A stretch of 64,000 bases of DNA from Adineta vaga (taxonomy: Eukaryota; Animalia; Rotifera): positions 12,524,001-12,588,000 of the forward strand of contig CP075494.1 of the NCBI GenBank assembly GCA_021613535.1. Direction: 5' to 3'. Under the pieces are notes generated by a model. It was not told where the DNA came from. It searched no databases and saw nothing but the letters and a program-made list of their open reading frames with translations. The position numbers and the translations under genes were made by a program. Below, piece after piece: positions 39,383 through 53,054 of the stretch (position 1 is its first letter; each line of letters opens with the position of its first letter).

Positions 39383-40046
39383 CTTCTCTTACGCCTAAAC
39401 CAGAGAAGCAAAAGAATAATGACAACATAGTTATGCCGTATGGTTATTAAAGAAAACGAGATCCGAAGACATTTTCTGTTTGTTTTTTGTCTCGAAGAAA
39501 CTTAAACTGAAAAAAAAAGTTCTACGAGAATACATTTGAGGATAGAAGAAAAACAAATATTTTCGCGTTTTCTCTTCTTCTTCTGTCTATTGTTTCCTCT
39601 ATAATGATACGGACACTCATAATTGCCTTCTAGGAAAAGCAACTCCAGGAAGTCTGAACAATTTCGTCTTGGTATCATTAATTTTTCTCTTGTTTTTCTT
39701 CGTTTTATATCATTTCATAGAACAACAAATGCATACTGATTATTTAAACATCACGATGATTTGCTGAATAATGGTTATACGAAGTAAATATGACATATAA
39801 TGTCATTATTTAACCGATAATCGAATTAGAAATAGTTTCTACTCAGACTCTAGTTATTACATTCTCGAATTCATCATGTTGTCTTCATACTGAAAAGTTT
39901 TCATTGACTGTCACTTTTTCCGATCACATATAGAACATTTTCTATCTCGTAAGTATTGACTAGAAATCGATTGAATAAAGAATATTTTTATTTGAAAGAG
40001 ATTTAAAATGTTTGATCGTATTCTTTAGTTTATCAATTCTATTGTA

Positions 40047-40517
40047 ATGCGAGTCGTTAATTTAACAGAAAAACCTTCGCAAACCCGTTCTCCATCATCT
40101 GGATTTGTTGGAAATAATGATCGGCATGATTCGCAAGCGAAGATTGCTCTTCTTCAACAAAAACGAAAATCAAATATTGATATATCTACTAAACGAGTCT
40201 CATCTGTATCGAATATGGACCGACTTCCACCAAATTTATTACAAATGAAACAACAACGTTTAGTAGCAGCAGCTGATAGAAAAAAACGTCTTATTACTCG
40301 AATTATTAGTATTATTGGACTTTTAATTATACTTCTCTGTGCAGGTATTGTTGCACTTACGCTCAAAATGGCACCAAAAATAGACGAACTCGTTCGAACT
40401 AAAACAGGCGTACACCCACCAGTTCATCTTCAAACTCGAGTACCAACACTCTCATCATCAACAGCAGCAGCAGCACGCGAATCGCATAATTCATCTACAA
40501 ATAACTCTTTAAACTAG
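40047..40517 (+). CDS. Hypothetical single-pass membrane protein (156 aa)
   Basis: Basic patch RKKR followed by TM IISIIGLLIILLCAGIVALTL; acceptor ttctttAG at 40028 just upstream of the ATG. Confidence 0.65.
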   Translation: MRVVNLTEKPSQTRSPSSGFVGNNDRHDSQAKIALLQQKRKSNIDISTKRVSSVSNMDRLPPNLLQMKQQRLVAAADRKKRLITRIISIIGLLIILLCAGIVALTLKMAPKIDELVRTKTGVHPPVHLQTRVPTLSSSTAAAARESHNSSTNNSLN

Positions 40518-41711
40518 CTCAAAACTACTTTTTCTATTTTTATGAAAGATCATTGAATGAATTATAAGTTCTATTTCTGTCAATATCTATTTGATTATTG
40601 TTAATTTCTTATTGCATATGCATCAAATATTTATTGACTTTAGAAGTAACATATGTCGAATGAGATATTTTTTAATTGACTGATTTTCTCTGGTTTTTTC
40701 TCTGTGAAAAACAACGAAAATGTATTATAAATTATTGATTGTCAATAAATGTTTAGTAGCACAAGTAAACCTATTATTATCATCTATATTTATACGAAGA
40801 TTCTATTATAGATGATAGAAATGAAAAGCAATGAGAATGACTTGCTTGATGAATATGAAACTGTTCAGGTGATTAATGAAAGATACTTTTTCAATAGGCT
40901 TCGATCGATGATGAGAGATTCTTTTCTAAACAAATGAAGTTATTAATCATATTTCAAAAAAAAACTAATACTAAATATTTTGTGATCAAGTATGACGCAC
41001 AAGGATGAATTTAAGTACACATCAGCCATCAGAATGACTGACATAAGTACCGGAATATATGTCAGTTTCAATCAAATCATTTGATACAATATATTTAATA
41101 AGTTATAAAATCTAGAAAAAGTCAAGTTTATTAGCAAATAAATGAATGAATAAAGATCTCAGCTGATTTACCACTTTATTAGAATGAAAGAAAAAAATAC
41201 TTCAAAAATCATCTGATCTTCACTTTGATTCACAGTCAAAGTTTCTATTAATGTTCGTTTTCTTTAAATAATCCAATGGATGATTATAAATATTCCATTT
41301 CGAAATACAGACTAATAGCAATGCATATTTCTCATGACCGCATACACACTCTCATATACAATAATCGATTGTTTCTTTCATTTATCATATAGAAAAAATT
41401 ACAATTCATCTAGTTCTATGTACTTTTATATCACCTATGAAAACCATACTTATCCTACACATAAATATCATCGTCAACAGATCAAATGAAGTTAATTTTC
41501 TTTTTCTGAAATCATTCACCGTTTTGCTGCACATACACATCCATACACCTACAAACGTTTACATGATCTGACCGAGACGACGATCTATACTTCAACATAG
41601 AAATCGTCAACCGGGATACACAGTAAGCACACACATAGACAAATTCAATTTAAAAGACCAAGAAGAAAAAAGGAAGAAGTAAAAGAAGAAAACAAACGAA
41701 GAATAAAAAAA

Positions 41712-42720
41712 TCATGAAGTAACAAGATAGGAATACATCGGATTGTGTAGAAGATGTTGACAAAAAAGTGTTTGCATCGTTTCTGCTTTGATCGAATAAA
41801 GACTCGATAGAAAGAGTAGAAGTTTCGAATATATTGATGGCGTATTCGTCATCGATGATTGCTGACGATTTAGAGATTGTTTAAGACTGGTCAATTGTTT
41901 AACATAAAGTTCTTGTAAATGTGCATTATCATTAATTGCTAGAATAGAACAAATAATATAATGCTTTTTACTTCGAACAAGAACTCTACTTACCTTCTTG
42001 CATACTTTTAATCACAATAATTCGACGTATATGATCGAAAATATTTGAATCAATATTAAATTTCGAACCTTTTTGTAGAATTGAACATAATTTATATGCA
42101 TCCTCTTCTGGTACACATGCATATGAATGAATCGAACATGAATCTTGATTGACTGTTGTTAATAATAATGAATGCGTACAAAGAATAAATTGTAAATTAA
42201 CAAAACGTCGTTCAATAAAATATGTTAATAATAATTGTGACCAACATTGTCGATGATATGTTGATGTTGATATTGAATCTATTAAATATGTACTTGCTTG
42301 TAACCAATTCGTTATTTGTGTTTGTAATTCATCGGTTGATGATGATGGTAAATAGAGACGACGTGTACGAAAGAGATCATTTCTTTGTTTCGACATATCA
42401 CTATCGGATCTTGCATGTCGTAATGATAAATGATTTTTTTCAATTAGATTTAATTTTAATTGAACAAGTGGATTTGATTGTCGTAATAATGTACATAAAC
42501 GATTTTGTCGTGGTGAATGATGAATAGAAAACGAATGATTTTCAATATCACTTATATCATCATCACTACTTTCGAATTCATCATTAAGATTATCAGCAGA
42601 AAAGAATTTTTCTACTAGAATTGTTGGTGAATGAATCAAAATATTTTCATTATCTTCATCTTCATCACTTGAGGAATCTTTGTCATTATCATTTTCACTA
42701 GAATCATTTGTTAAATTCAT
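41712..42720 (-). CDS. Nuclear receptor ligand-binding-domain-only protein (NR0B/DAX1/SHP-like), 2 coding exons (approx. 42720-41993, 41938-41712)
   Basis: LBD-like motifs CWSQLLL (helix 5), IDSNIFDHIRRIIVIK (helix 8) and YSKLLLFLSSLYSIKAETMQTLF (helix 10/11). LxxLL (LCTLL) precedes them; no C4 zinc fingers. Confidence 0.65.
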
Positions 42721-43169
42721 CGATTTTATTGTCAAATTACCTTGAAATAAGATATATATATATACATATATTATTAACTTAATATATAGTTAAAATCATA
42801 CATACCACTTTAATACAACTGAAGTAGTTGATATTTCGTCAACATAGATTATATTCTTCAAATTGTTGCAAGATTGTCATTGGAGTATACATCTGAAAAA
42901 AATTACAAAAAAAACTATTAAGTGTAGAAGAGTTGATTTTTCTCTCTCCCTCCCTCTCTCTCTCTCATTTTGTATATCTATCAGTTTCTTCCTTATGCAT
43001 AAACACATACACGCTGTAAACAGCAACAACAGAGAAGAGCTTGGAGAAAGAAAAAAGAGAAGGACAAAATACGGCTCTCATTCGCGTTCGGCCGATGCTC
43101 ATGAATGAATGGGACTGAGAAAGAAAGAGAGAAGAGAAAGAAAGAAGGGCATATAAAAATAAGTTTTGA

Positions 43170-44617
43170 TGACCTTGAATGCTAGAAACAACGATGAAGA
43201 AAAGAACTAAATAAATGGTACACACCTCTATGTAAATGACACCGGAAAGTGTTAACCTTGGATGAATATAATCAATTCTTAATAAGAGTTTAGATATCAA
43301 ACTTGTTCCTAATATTTGATAAGCTCATATAACTTCGTATTATCTTACCAACAATTGCGTTCATATCTATCTTGAAGATCTTTTTATATGAAAAAGATCA
43401 TTCCCAATTTATGTTAGTCTGTCAGTTGTCTTTTGTTCATGTTGAAGAGAAATATCATGTGTAAATAAATCGAACTCTGTACTAACTATTCTAATACATA
43501 AATGACCTTAATCAAAATGGGTTGCATGCGCTTTAAACGAAGCGAAAACAAAAAATCTTTCTCTTCATTTCTTTCATACAAGCCTTCATGTCATTTTTGT
43601 TGTTTTCCGTTCTCTCCTTCTCTTTCTCTCTCTCTCTTCTTTTTTTCCTTCTCGGTGAAGGTGAAGTCGTGTTTTTGCTTTGCAGTTGCATATGCAAAGA
43701 CGCTTACATGACTTTATTACTTATTGATGACAAAACCTTCAAAAACATCCGTTGTTATTCTCAGTTGTGTTTTCCAATCTAAATGTACACGAATATGTTG
43801 TCTTATTTTCAGTTGATTTTTGACTGTATATATATATCTATATGTATATTCATCTAATGATAATAACACAAGAGAATTCTTATATTATGATTGTTGTTGT
43901 TGTTATCCCTATCGTGTAATGTTGTTATGTAGACCTTGGATAAGAAAAAAAGACCGAGAACAAAAATATGATGTCTTTATAGATTGAAGAACGATCGAAA
44001 AGACCTTGCACACATACAATGCCATTGAAAAGACAAGAGAAAACGTCAAGTTTATCAAGGAGAATATCAGATATATATATATTTTTTTTTTCAGGTCCTC
44101 GATTTTTTTTCTTCTTGTCTTTATTATGATGTTTGTATGAAGATGCTTGGCCTTAGATTGAAAAAAGAAAATACAAATATTTTCTCTTTAGTTGACCTAC
44201 AAAATTGAACTTGACAGAAGAAATTGTTTATCACTCAACAGATCCAATATTCTCCAGAGAATTCACTCGAAATATAAATGAGTTTGAGAAGAGGAATAAA
44301 TATATGTCTGTGTGTGTTTATATAAATCTATACAAGGTTTTTATCAGAAAAAACTTAGACCTTGAAAGATCAATAATCTCAAGTTAATATTAATATATTA
44401 TATTTTTTATGAAAAGAATAGACATCGATTTGATTGATCAATAGAATTGAAAGTCTTTTGTAATTGTTAGATTTCTTTTCCTAACTAGAAAATTTTGCTT
44501 TGATTCCTTGATTTCTGAAGGTTCTTACAAGGTTTACTCATTAGTTATCGATCAATGTGCAAGTCATGTGAAGGTTGAAGAAATCCAGAAAGATAGACAG
44601 ATAGACAGACAAGGATA
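43170..44617 (-). promoter_or_regulatory. Cluster of NR5A/ERR-type extended half-sites upstream of the NR0B-like gene
   Basis: TCAAGGTCA 43170-43178, CCAAGGTTA 43253, TTAAGGTCA 43503, CCAAGGTCT 43931, GCAAGGTCT 44001, CTAAGGCCA 44148, TCAAGGTCT 44357 (minus strand); ACAAGGTTT 44332 and 44527, ACAAGGATA 44609 (plus strand). Confidence 0.55.
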
Positions 44618-45251
44618 AACGAAAGGAAAAAAAAGAAATTCTTGCAACCTTCTCATGTTCTAATATGCAGGTTGGAAGCAATATATCTTACCAATGACAT
44701 GTCCTTTAATTGCATACTTTCTTTTGTTTATATGAGAATGTTATTAAGATTCTTTTATGATTAAAAATTCATCAGTATGTTTTAATTGACAAGTAATTGT
44801 TTTTATTATATGATGACAAATTTGAAATATTTAGAAGTGATAAGAAGCAAAAACAAGTTTTTCTAGTTATTTGATGAGATGATTTCGAAAGAAAATAGCC
44901 GATCATTGGATCTGTTTTTGCTACGTCTTAGAGATTGTTTTTCGACTTATGGATATAGAATTTCATAACAATTTTGGCCGAAAGAATGTTAAACTAGAAT
45001 TTCATCGAGAGACAAAATATTTGTTGTCTCGAAACTAAAAATGTAGAGAGTTTTCAGTGGCTATCGATTCAGTTTTCGAACATATTCTGAATAGCAGAAT
45101 TATCGTGAGAAAATCAATGAAGATATTCGATTTTCAAAGTACTATCTTACATTAATAACCTGATCGATAAGGAACAGTCTTTCTCTCAAAAATTGAAATC
45201 ATGCAATGTAAAACATTATTTTTATTAGTAAAAATTCTTTGTAATACTTTT

Positions 45252-47644
45252 TCATTTATGTAAAATCGCTTCATTAAAAGCTGGTCGATCATAATCATCC
45301 AGTGAATAAGTATGAGTTGGTGCTACTTTCTGTTTCAGTTCAAGACGACAAAAGACACATAGAATGGCTGGTGCTGCTGATGTTGCTTCACCTTCATCAC
45401 GTTTGATTTTATTCGACGAGAAATTTTTTCCACATTGATGACACTAAATTTTAAGACAAATTCCAAAATATAAAACTTTATCGTTCGTACTTACATTGAC
45501 AATTTTCAACAATTTACTATTATCCATAATTAATCTATTATCACAATTGCCAATATGCCACAATCGAATTTCACAATCCTAAAATGAGCAAAGACAGAAA
45601 AGAATGTAGATGGAATTTAAGAGATGTTTTCGTCATACACTTGATACAGATACAATCCATTTATCATCATTTGTCAAACAGACATCGTTAATCCAATCTG
45701 AATGTCCCTATTTGAAGAAAAAAAAGATATTTTCTTTTTTCAAAAGACTTTAATCTTATTCTTACACGTAGGACAATTTTATGTGTCATATTTTCTAAAT
45801 CCCATAGTACAACTCGTAAATCATATCCGCCAGTGACAAGGAGCTTTCCACTATCCGACATGTGACATGCCGCTACTGATCCTTCATGTACTTTTGGTAA
45901 TACATACGGGCCTTCACGTCTTTAAAAAAAAAGAAGAAGAAGAACAAAAAACAATATACATATCAATTGAACAGTTGACATGCTCAGCAGGTAGAAAAGA
46001 AGGAGGAGGAGGAGGAGAAGAAGATGAACATCTGAAAAGGCCATCTCATTAATTTGAACACCCACCGAGTTCGAATGAATGGCAAGAGCTAATTGTCTTG
46101 TCGCTCACCTAAAGCTACCAGTTGTAGCATCGTAAAGAAGGACATTTTTATCCCATGAACATGTTGCATATGAACGTTCAAATTTATTGAATGCACATTG
46201 TGAGACAGAACCTTCATGACCCCTTAAAAAAATGAAGAAGAAAATAGCACGTTCCTATATTTCTTATCACAAGTAAATCCATTGATGTCTACTCTACTTT
46301 AATGTAATTGTTGAACGTTGTGAAACAAGATCATAAAATTTCGTTGTTTTATCCATAGATGTAGTGATTATACGATCACCAGCAATATTAAATTGACAAC
46401 TTGTAATTGTTGATTCATGAACATTAGGTATACGAGTATTAACGAGACCATTTTCAGCATCCCATATAGTTACTAAACTATCTAAATCTGTTCCTGAACA
46501 TAATAATTTACCATCCAATGATATCTGACAATTCGTCACAATCTGTTCATGGACACCTTTCCACTAATAAATAGATAAATAAATAAACAAAGAAATGATT
46601 CAATGTTCAATAATATCAATGACAATATCATATACCCTTTCTTTGCCAGTCTCGACATCAAAACAACGAACAGTCTTATCCCAACTACATGAATATAAAC
46701 TAGAAATAAAAATTAATTCATTGATTGTTTGATAATTCAATTAGAAATCTATGAATACCGAGTTCCTTCTTGATTCATTCGTACAGATGGTATATCGGCC
46801 ATATCATGATTAAGTTTATAGAGATGAATTTGCTTTCCACTATTAAAATCCCATACACGAGCTGTATTATCATTTGACCCTGTAATAAGCCAATTTTTGT
46901 CTTCAATCAATTGACATGAATTGATTGCTCCCGTATGACCATGATATAATTTAATTTCAACCTACAATTACGTCTTTCTTTATTTCTTTCTTTATTTATA
47001 GTGTATATATATATGTGTGTTCGATTGCATAAAACTCATGTGGATGACACGTCAATGAAAAGGTGAAGAGTATCTAATTTCATTTGATAAATAGAGAAAA
47101 GAAACTAAGGAAATTCTTAATGATGATGATGATAAGAAATCTTTTGATCAAGAAGAAGAAAAAAAATCAGATCCGTTGTTCGCTCAACATAATGAGTTGA
47201 ACTCTCTTTTCTCGTGATTATCAATTGAATAATAAATGCACGGACGGATTTGTCTTTCTTGCTTTTATCAAGCCTTAGGATAGACACATCTGGGTAACAG
47301 TAACGAGAAAATCATCTATATTTTTTATTACATCATCGAAAGGTAAGCTTATGATAATAGGCATCATGTCGTGACCTGACTGTTATGTTAGAAGTCGAAA
47401 GGCGGGTGAACGTTCGTCATTGTAGCTCATCGATTCTCCTAACCAATGACACCTCCCATTGCGAGCAAGATTAATCACTAAAAACGACGGGTCAGGCGAC
47501 CGATCATATTGTTCACAAGTTATACAGTATTAATAAGAGTACTGAAAAAGAAACACCTACTTCAGCTGAACTTTCATGCACCCATTCAGCATTTGATGCC
47601 AATGGTTCGGCTAAAACATTTGTATTACGTGTTTGTAATGCCAT
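45252..47644 (-). CDS. WDR88: WD40-repeat protein, WDR88-like, with C-terminal CxxC...CxxC motif, multi-exon
   Basis: Exon 1 MALQ...WVHESSAE (47644-47561) splices to VEIKLYHGHTGAINSC. Repeated GH...WD units (GSNDNTARVWD, SWDKTVRCFD, GGYDLRVVLWD); tail CHQC...CVFC. Confidence 0.75.
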
Positions 47645-49666
47645 CGATGTTCTTTTTTTGTTGTTTTTCTATTTATAAGACTATATCACATGTGAAATTT
47701 TACAATTCTTTGTGCGTTTTTTTTTCTCTTCTTGAAAAAATTGAGCAAACATTCACACCCGTCTCTGAGGTGATGATGGAAGCAAAAAGGAAACAGAACA
47801 AATTCAAAGCTAGTGATATTTATTTTGTTTAGTATGAAAATGTAAGAGTTTATTGATTTCGTTTATTGCTGAGTTCAATAAAATGAATATGATCATATTT
47901 ATCGTTTGCAGAATTATCCAAGAAAAGCAGAAAGAGATTAAATTACCTTAATTGCAGAACTCAAAGAGGAGAAAAAAAGCATTGTTCTCGTTTCGCTCTC
48001 CTCTCTTTCTTCTTTTTTTTTCTTCGCTTCTCTTCTCTTCTCTTCTCTTCTCTTCTCCTCTTTCTTTCTCTCTGGACACTTAATCGCGAACTAGAGGAAT
48101 GCTCATCAGCCACTGTTCATAATTCAACTTAACGAATTCTCAAAGCTTTCCGTCTTTTTAAATATCACGCTATCAACAAATGTCCTTCAAATCAATGATG
48201 ACAACAAATCTATAGATTATCGAAGCTGATGGTAGTATCGAACGATTAGAAGACATTAGTATACTTTCAAGTAAGTTGTTTCATGTGAAATTCATCGATG
48301 TGCATATACCGTATCTGACAGACAGGCAATGAGAAGTCAATCGATAGTGAACAATCGAGCATGACAATTGTCTCAACTGAGTTGAACTTTCTTCTATTTT
48401 TCATTAAAAAAATCAATAGATTTGAATGAGTTGCTATTTATTAGACATGCCTAGATGACCACACAACTATTATAAGAATATTAAATATGAAGATCTTGTT
48501 TTTTTCTATAAAAAGAAAATCTATTGCATAAGGTAATGTTATGATCGTAATATTGAAATGTTGAATGAAATGTTATAGGAATAGACGACAACATGTACAT
48601 AGACAAAAGAGAAGAAGAAGTGCATTACATTTATATGAGTGATGATTGATCGTGTCTTTTGCTTTACTTATATAAATGTATGCTTGTATGTATATGTTAT
48701 TGCATCATGGATGCCGTTAGGAGATTCAAGAGCATACATTCGCATAAGATGAACACGTGCACAGTTGTTCAGACATTGTATGAAACTAAATCTTATTTCT
48801 TTCTCTTCTTTTCTTTGACTATGATTGCTGATGAGCGACGATGAGATCCCGTGTGTCATTCATCATCGTTTATATCGATCATATTCTCAGATTCTCAATT
48901 TTGTCTTTCTCATTCTCATCATTGTTAGAACAACTTTAATAGGAAAAGAATAAATTATTCTTTCGCTCGCTCTCTCCCTCTCTCTCTTCATTCGTTCTGT
49001 CTGACTTATTCAACAATCTTTTGTCTGCGTTGAGTCGTTGCATCGATTCTTTTTTATGTAATAAACCGTTCAAGTGCTTGTAGTGACTTAAAAGTTAACT
49101 CTCTCTTTTCGTCTTTGTTCTTTCTATTGTCTGCGCTTGCTGTCTATAAGGGAAAAGATGTAGAAATGAGACAGACTGAACAGTTGTTCTCTCTCTTCCA
49201 TTGTTGACATATGGCAAAAGTTACATCGAATCAAATTTCGTATAAACATATCTCGACGTCAATTAATTGTTTGATCATTAGAAGAAAAAAAGTAGCACAT
49301 ATATGATGTTGTATTTCAATGAGTAAGTGCTTTTCAATTGCGTTCAAAAAAACCGTGATTATAAACATTGATGAAGAAAAAAAAACTTTCTTTTTCGATA
49401 TAAAGACAAACAAATTCGATAGCAGACAATACATACTAGTCAAACAATAAATGAGATTTTAATTGAGAAGAAAGCGATGAAAAATCGAAATTTGTTGTGT
49501 ATCAAACACACATAACAAAAAAGAACAATCGAAATGACGTCTACTATTCAAAAGTTAATCACACCCGATGCATGTGTACATATATATATATATATATACG
49601 ATTGTCCCAAGTGTTTAGTTGTATGTATTATTCTAGACGCAATGTGGCAGACGTGCATCGATAATA

Positions 49667-50872
49667 ATGTTCAACTTATCATTTCAAAGATTTGCTGATT
49701 TTGTCATATTTTATTTCTTTTTCTTCGCGAACTTTAGTAAGTAACGAGTCCATGGGGAATTATGATCATTAGCTTCTTTTTCTTCTTCTTACATTTTAGT
49801 TTCAATTACAAATGGATCGACAACGACAACAATAATCGATGTGGTCTGTGGAACGGATGTTGAACTAACATGTCCAATTCGTTCAATAAAAAAATCCGAT
49901 GAAGTGGTATGTCCTTGTTCTTCTTGGAAAATTCCGATTTCCCAAGAAAGATAAATATCTTGAATTTTAGATTTCATGGTTTCGACCAAATTCATCACAG
50001 AATCATTTAACTTTTATTGCTATTGGTGATATTCTTCTCCCGGAATATGCCGCGATCAGTCGTTTTAATCTCATTTCCTCTTCATCATCAATCTCACGTT
50101 TATTAATAAATAATATTCTACCTGAAGATCAAGGTTATTATAGATGTAAATCAAGTTCAACTGGTCAACATAGTATTAAATTAATTGTTAATTGTATGTT
50201 TGATTTTAAAGAATGTAAGGAACACAATGTATAAAGAGTTTTTCTTTTAGCTCAACCATACCTTTCTCCATCGTCACCCATTCTTTTATATCCGGTCAAT
50301 CGAACATTTTCTATCACGTGTTCATTATTATGTGAAGAATCGATTGAACTTAATCAATTAAGTTGGTTGGTTAATGGACATGCATTAAGCGAAGATCGAC
50401 ATCAATTTTCCATTGAAACAATATCTTTTAATACACAACGTTTAACAATTTTTTTAAATAAGAAAGCCAATCATTTTAGTCAAGCAAATTATACATGTAG
50501 ATATAATGGAAAAGAATCTTCAGTAGTCGTTAGAAAACGGACTAGTACGTATTTGTTGTATTTTATTTTAATCTAGATTGATTTGAAATCAGTTAAGACT
50601 AGCGACAGGCTGAGTGAGACATTTTCGGTATAGCAAAAAATAGTTGTTGACTAGTGTTAGTACTGTTCTATTCATTCTTGCTTGGAATGTTTCTTTTTAT
50701 TCTTATTATTTTAGAAGAAGAATTACATCGTTTACCACGTCAAGAAGGTTCATCTGCTGCTTATTTACTTCAAACTGCATTTGATACAGGTCATACACAT
50801 TATCAAACTACACACAAATATCTTCTACTATTTTTGTTGCTATTATTGAAAATAATTTCTCGTGCAATATAA
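49667..50872 (+). CDS. Two-Ig-domain, probably GPI-anchored cell-surface protein (Dpr/IgLON-like architecture)
   Basis: Signal peptide exon, Ig1 (VELTCP...ISWF...EDQGYYRC), Ig2 (FSITC...LSWLVNG...ANYTC) and a hydrophobic C-terminus with no cytoplasmic tail. Confidence 0.8.
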
Positions 50873-50939
50873 TTCAATAATCACAAAATTGTATTGTTGA
50901 TGTTGTTGGTTTTTTAGTGCCTTATTTTAAAATACATTT

Positions 50940-51648
50940 TTAAATTGAATTGTGTGATGAAGATGAAAGTATATTCAATGTTGTTTGTAATGTTCGATAA
51001 GTAAAATCAATATGATTGGCATTTGTATCTGCTATTGTTGTCGATCGACTATTAAGAATAGTTTGAAGTTTTCGAATCGTTTCTTCAATTAGAAATTTCT
51101 TTTCAGTTTCATTCAATGAATCCGTATCACATGAAAGATCAGTCATATTTCCATCTGATGTATTGATTTTCCAAACGAGCATATGATTGGAATGATATTG
51201 ATTATCATTCAAAGCATTTTGTTCATCTGATGAAAGACTTAAATTGATTGTTATTTGAAAGATTTGATTTGTCTGAGAATTTTTAACGATATCAAGTTGT
51301 TGTTGATGTTTTATTTCTGTACATTTCGTACAGAGAGAACGATGAGATCGACTAGAAAAGTGAGGACGACCGCGACGTGCTAACGGTAAAAATGAACCCG
51401 ACGAAGGATTTGATCGAAGAAGACAACAACAATCACGTTCTAGTTGAAAAGAAAATAATCAATATAATCTTTATTGGAAATAATTTTTTACCTTGTTTAT
51501 GTAAAATTGTTAACAATTCTATATTTGAATGATTTTCACATGAAGTTTGATTGATTTTTAATGTGTACAATGCTTGATTAACATCTGTGAATGTTAATTC
51601 ACGATATAAATCATCGAATTTATCATCATTTTCATTGTTCAATTCCAT
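50940..51648 (-). CDS. Hypothetical protein, 2 exons
   Basis: Donor GTAAAA near 51491 and acceptor near 51440 join ORF 51433-51663 to the frame of ORF 50940-51212 (HKQ|ERDCCCLLRS...). Confidence 0.6.
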
Positions 51649-53054
51649 AGTTGATCTTTTCAAGAAAATAATACAATTCTAATGAAGATTTATTGAACAA
51701 ACTCGATTTAATTCGTTCGTATACCTTTACAAATTGAACTTTAACGTTTATATATCGTTGTCTTTGTATTTCATAAGATGTTTGGTTCTTTTTAACCTGT
51801 TTGAAAGAATAAGAATAAGAGAAAAGAAATGTGTACGTTGGATCTCTTTTTTTTCTCTCTTTTTGGTTGTCATACGAATTTACAGTTGGCAACCGTGATA
51901 CCAATTTCATTGTTCTTACGCAAACATACATTCGTATACTGTATATATCGTTGTATTCGAACATGCATAACTGTATGAACGGAGCGAAAAGAAATAATTA
52001 TAGTTTTTATAAGACAAGCCTTGTACGTGAAGTCTTGTTCGTTACTGTTTTTCATTGAATGGAAAAAGAAAATAAACATGTTATAAAATTAATATTTGCA
52101 ATAGAACATAGTTTTTATCTATAGATCAAGAGACAATGAAAGTATGATTTATATCGATCTAAACGGATTCTGTTATCAACAAGAAATTTTCATCATGTTT
52201 CAAGTCTATGAATTAATTATATCAGATTAATCTTTCTACTGTTGAATCAATTTCTCATATTTCTTTAATATTGTTCATGGAACGACAAATAAGATAATAA
52301 GTTAATCAGTTTTTGTCAAGATTCTGTAACTGAACATGATTATATTGAGCAGAATATCAGAGATAATTTTGATTATAGATGTTTTCATTCCAGAAAATAG
52401 TCATGAGTGAAAGATGTAGGCTACGATTAGAAATATTGATGAATTTGTTTAATTGTCAGAAATAAGTGAAATTATCTCTTGTCACGACATAAAGTCGAAA
52501 TATCGCCACAACTACCTGTTGTATCAGCAGTTAGCGACATCTGTCTAAATCATCTTTTAAAATATAAAGGAAACTATTGGTAAGATCATTTAATCAACTA
52601 TTTTTTTTTCGATATTTTCTAACTTGATCTGTATGGTTAATCACATCGATCAAGGAATATGTCAATGGTTGAAAAAGACATGTCGGAATCCAAGTTATAT
52701 CACATAGTCATATAGTATTGGTAATGGTGCCCTACTCTGCCTCTGCCCTCCTTCCTTCGTTCGTTCCTTCTGTTTGTGTATGTATCTCATCTCTCTGTCT
52801 TCGTCCCGTTCTATCTTCTATGCGATTCCTATGTCTCTGTCTCTGTCTCTGTCCCTCTCTCTCTCTCTATCTCTCGTTATGGGGTCGACCAAACGATCGA
52901 CGTCAGAATGACTGAACAAACATCTGACCTTCTTCTATTGACTATAATTTGAGTTGTTATTTATTATTTTCTTGACGAAAGATTTTTTGTCTTTCAATAA
53001 ATAAATAAATAAATAAATAAAACAATCAATAAGATATTTATTCAATACTCTAGC

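Noticed and set aside
42785-42893. Upstream exon-like segment of the NR0B-like gene as coding or DBD exon
   Set aside because: The frame compatible with the next exon contains a stop and there is no C4 zinc-finger pattern; treated as 5' UTR.
45962-46030. Possible 69-nt in-frame cassette exon in a WDR88-like intron (minus strand)
   Set aside because: Mostly a CCT/CTT microsatellite with a weak GTATAT donor; an open frame is expected by chance.
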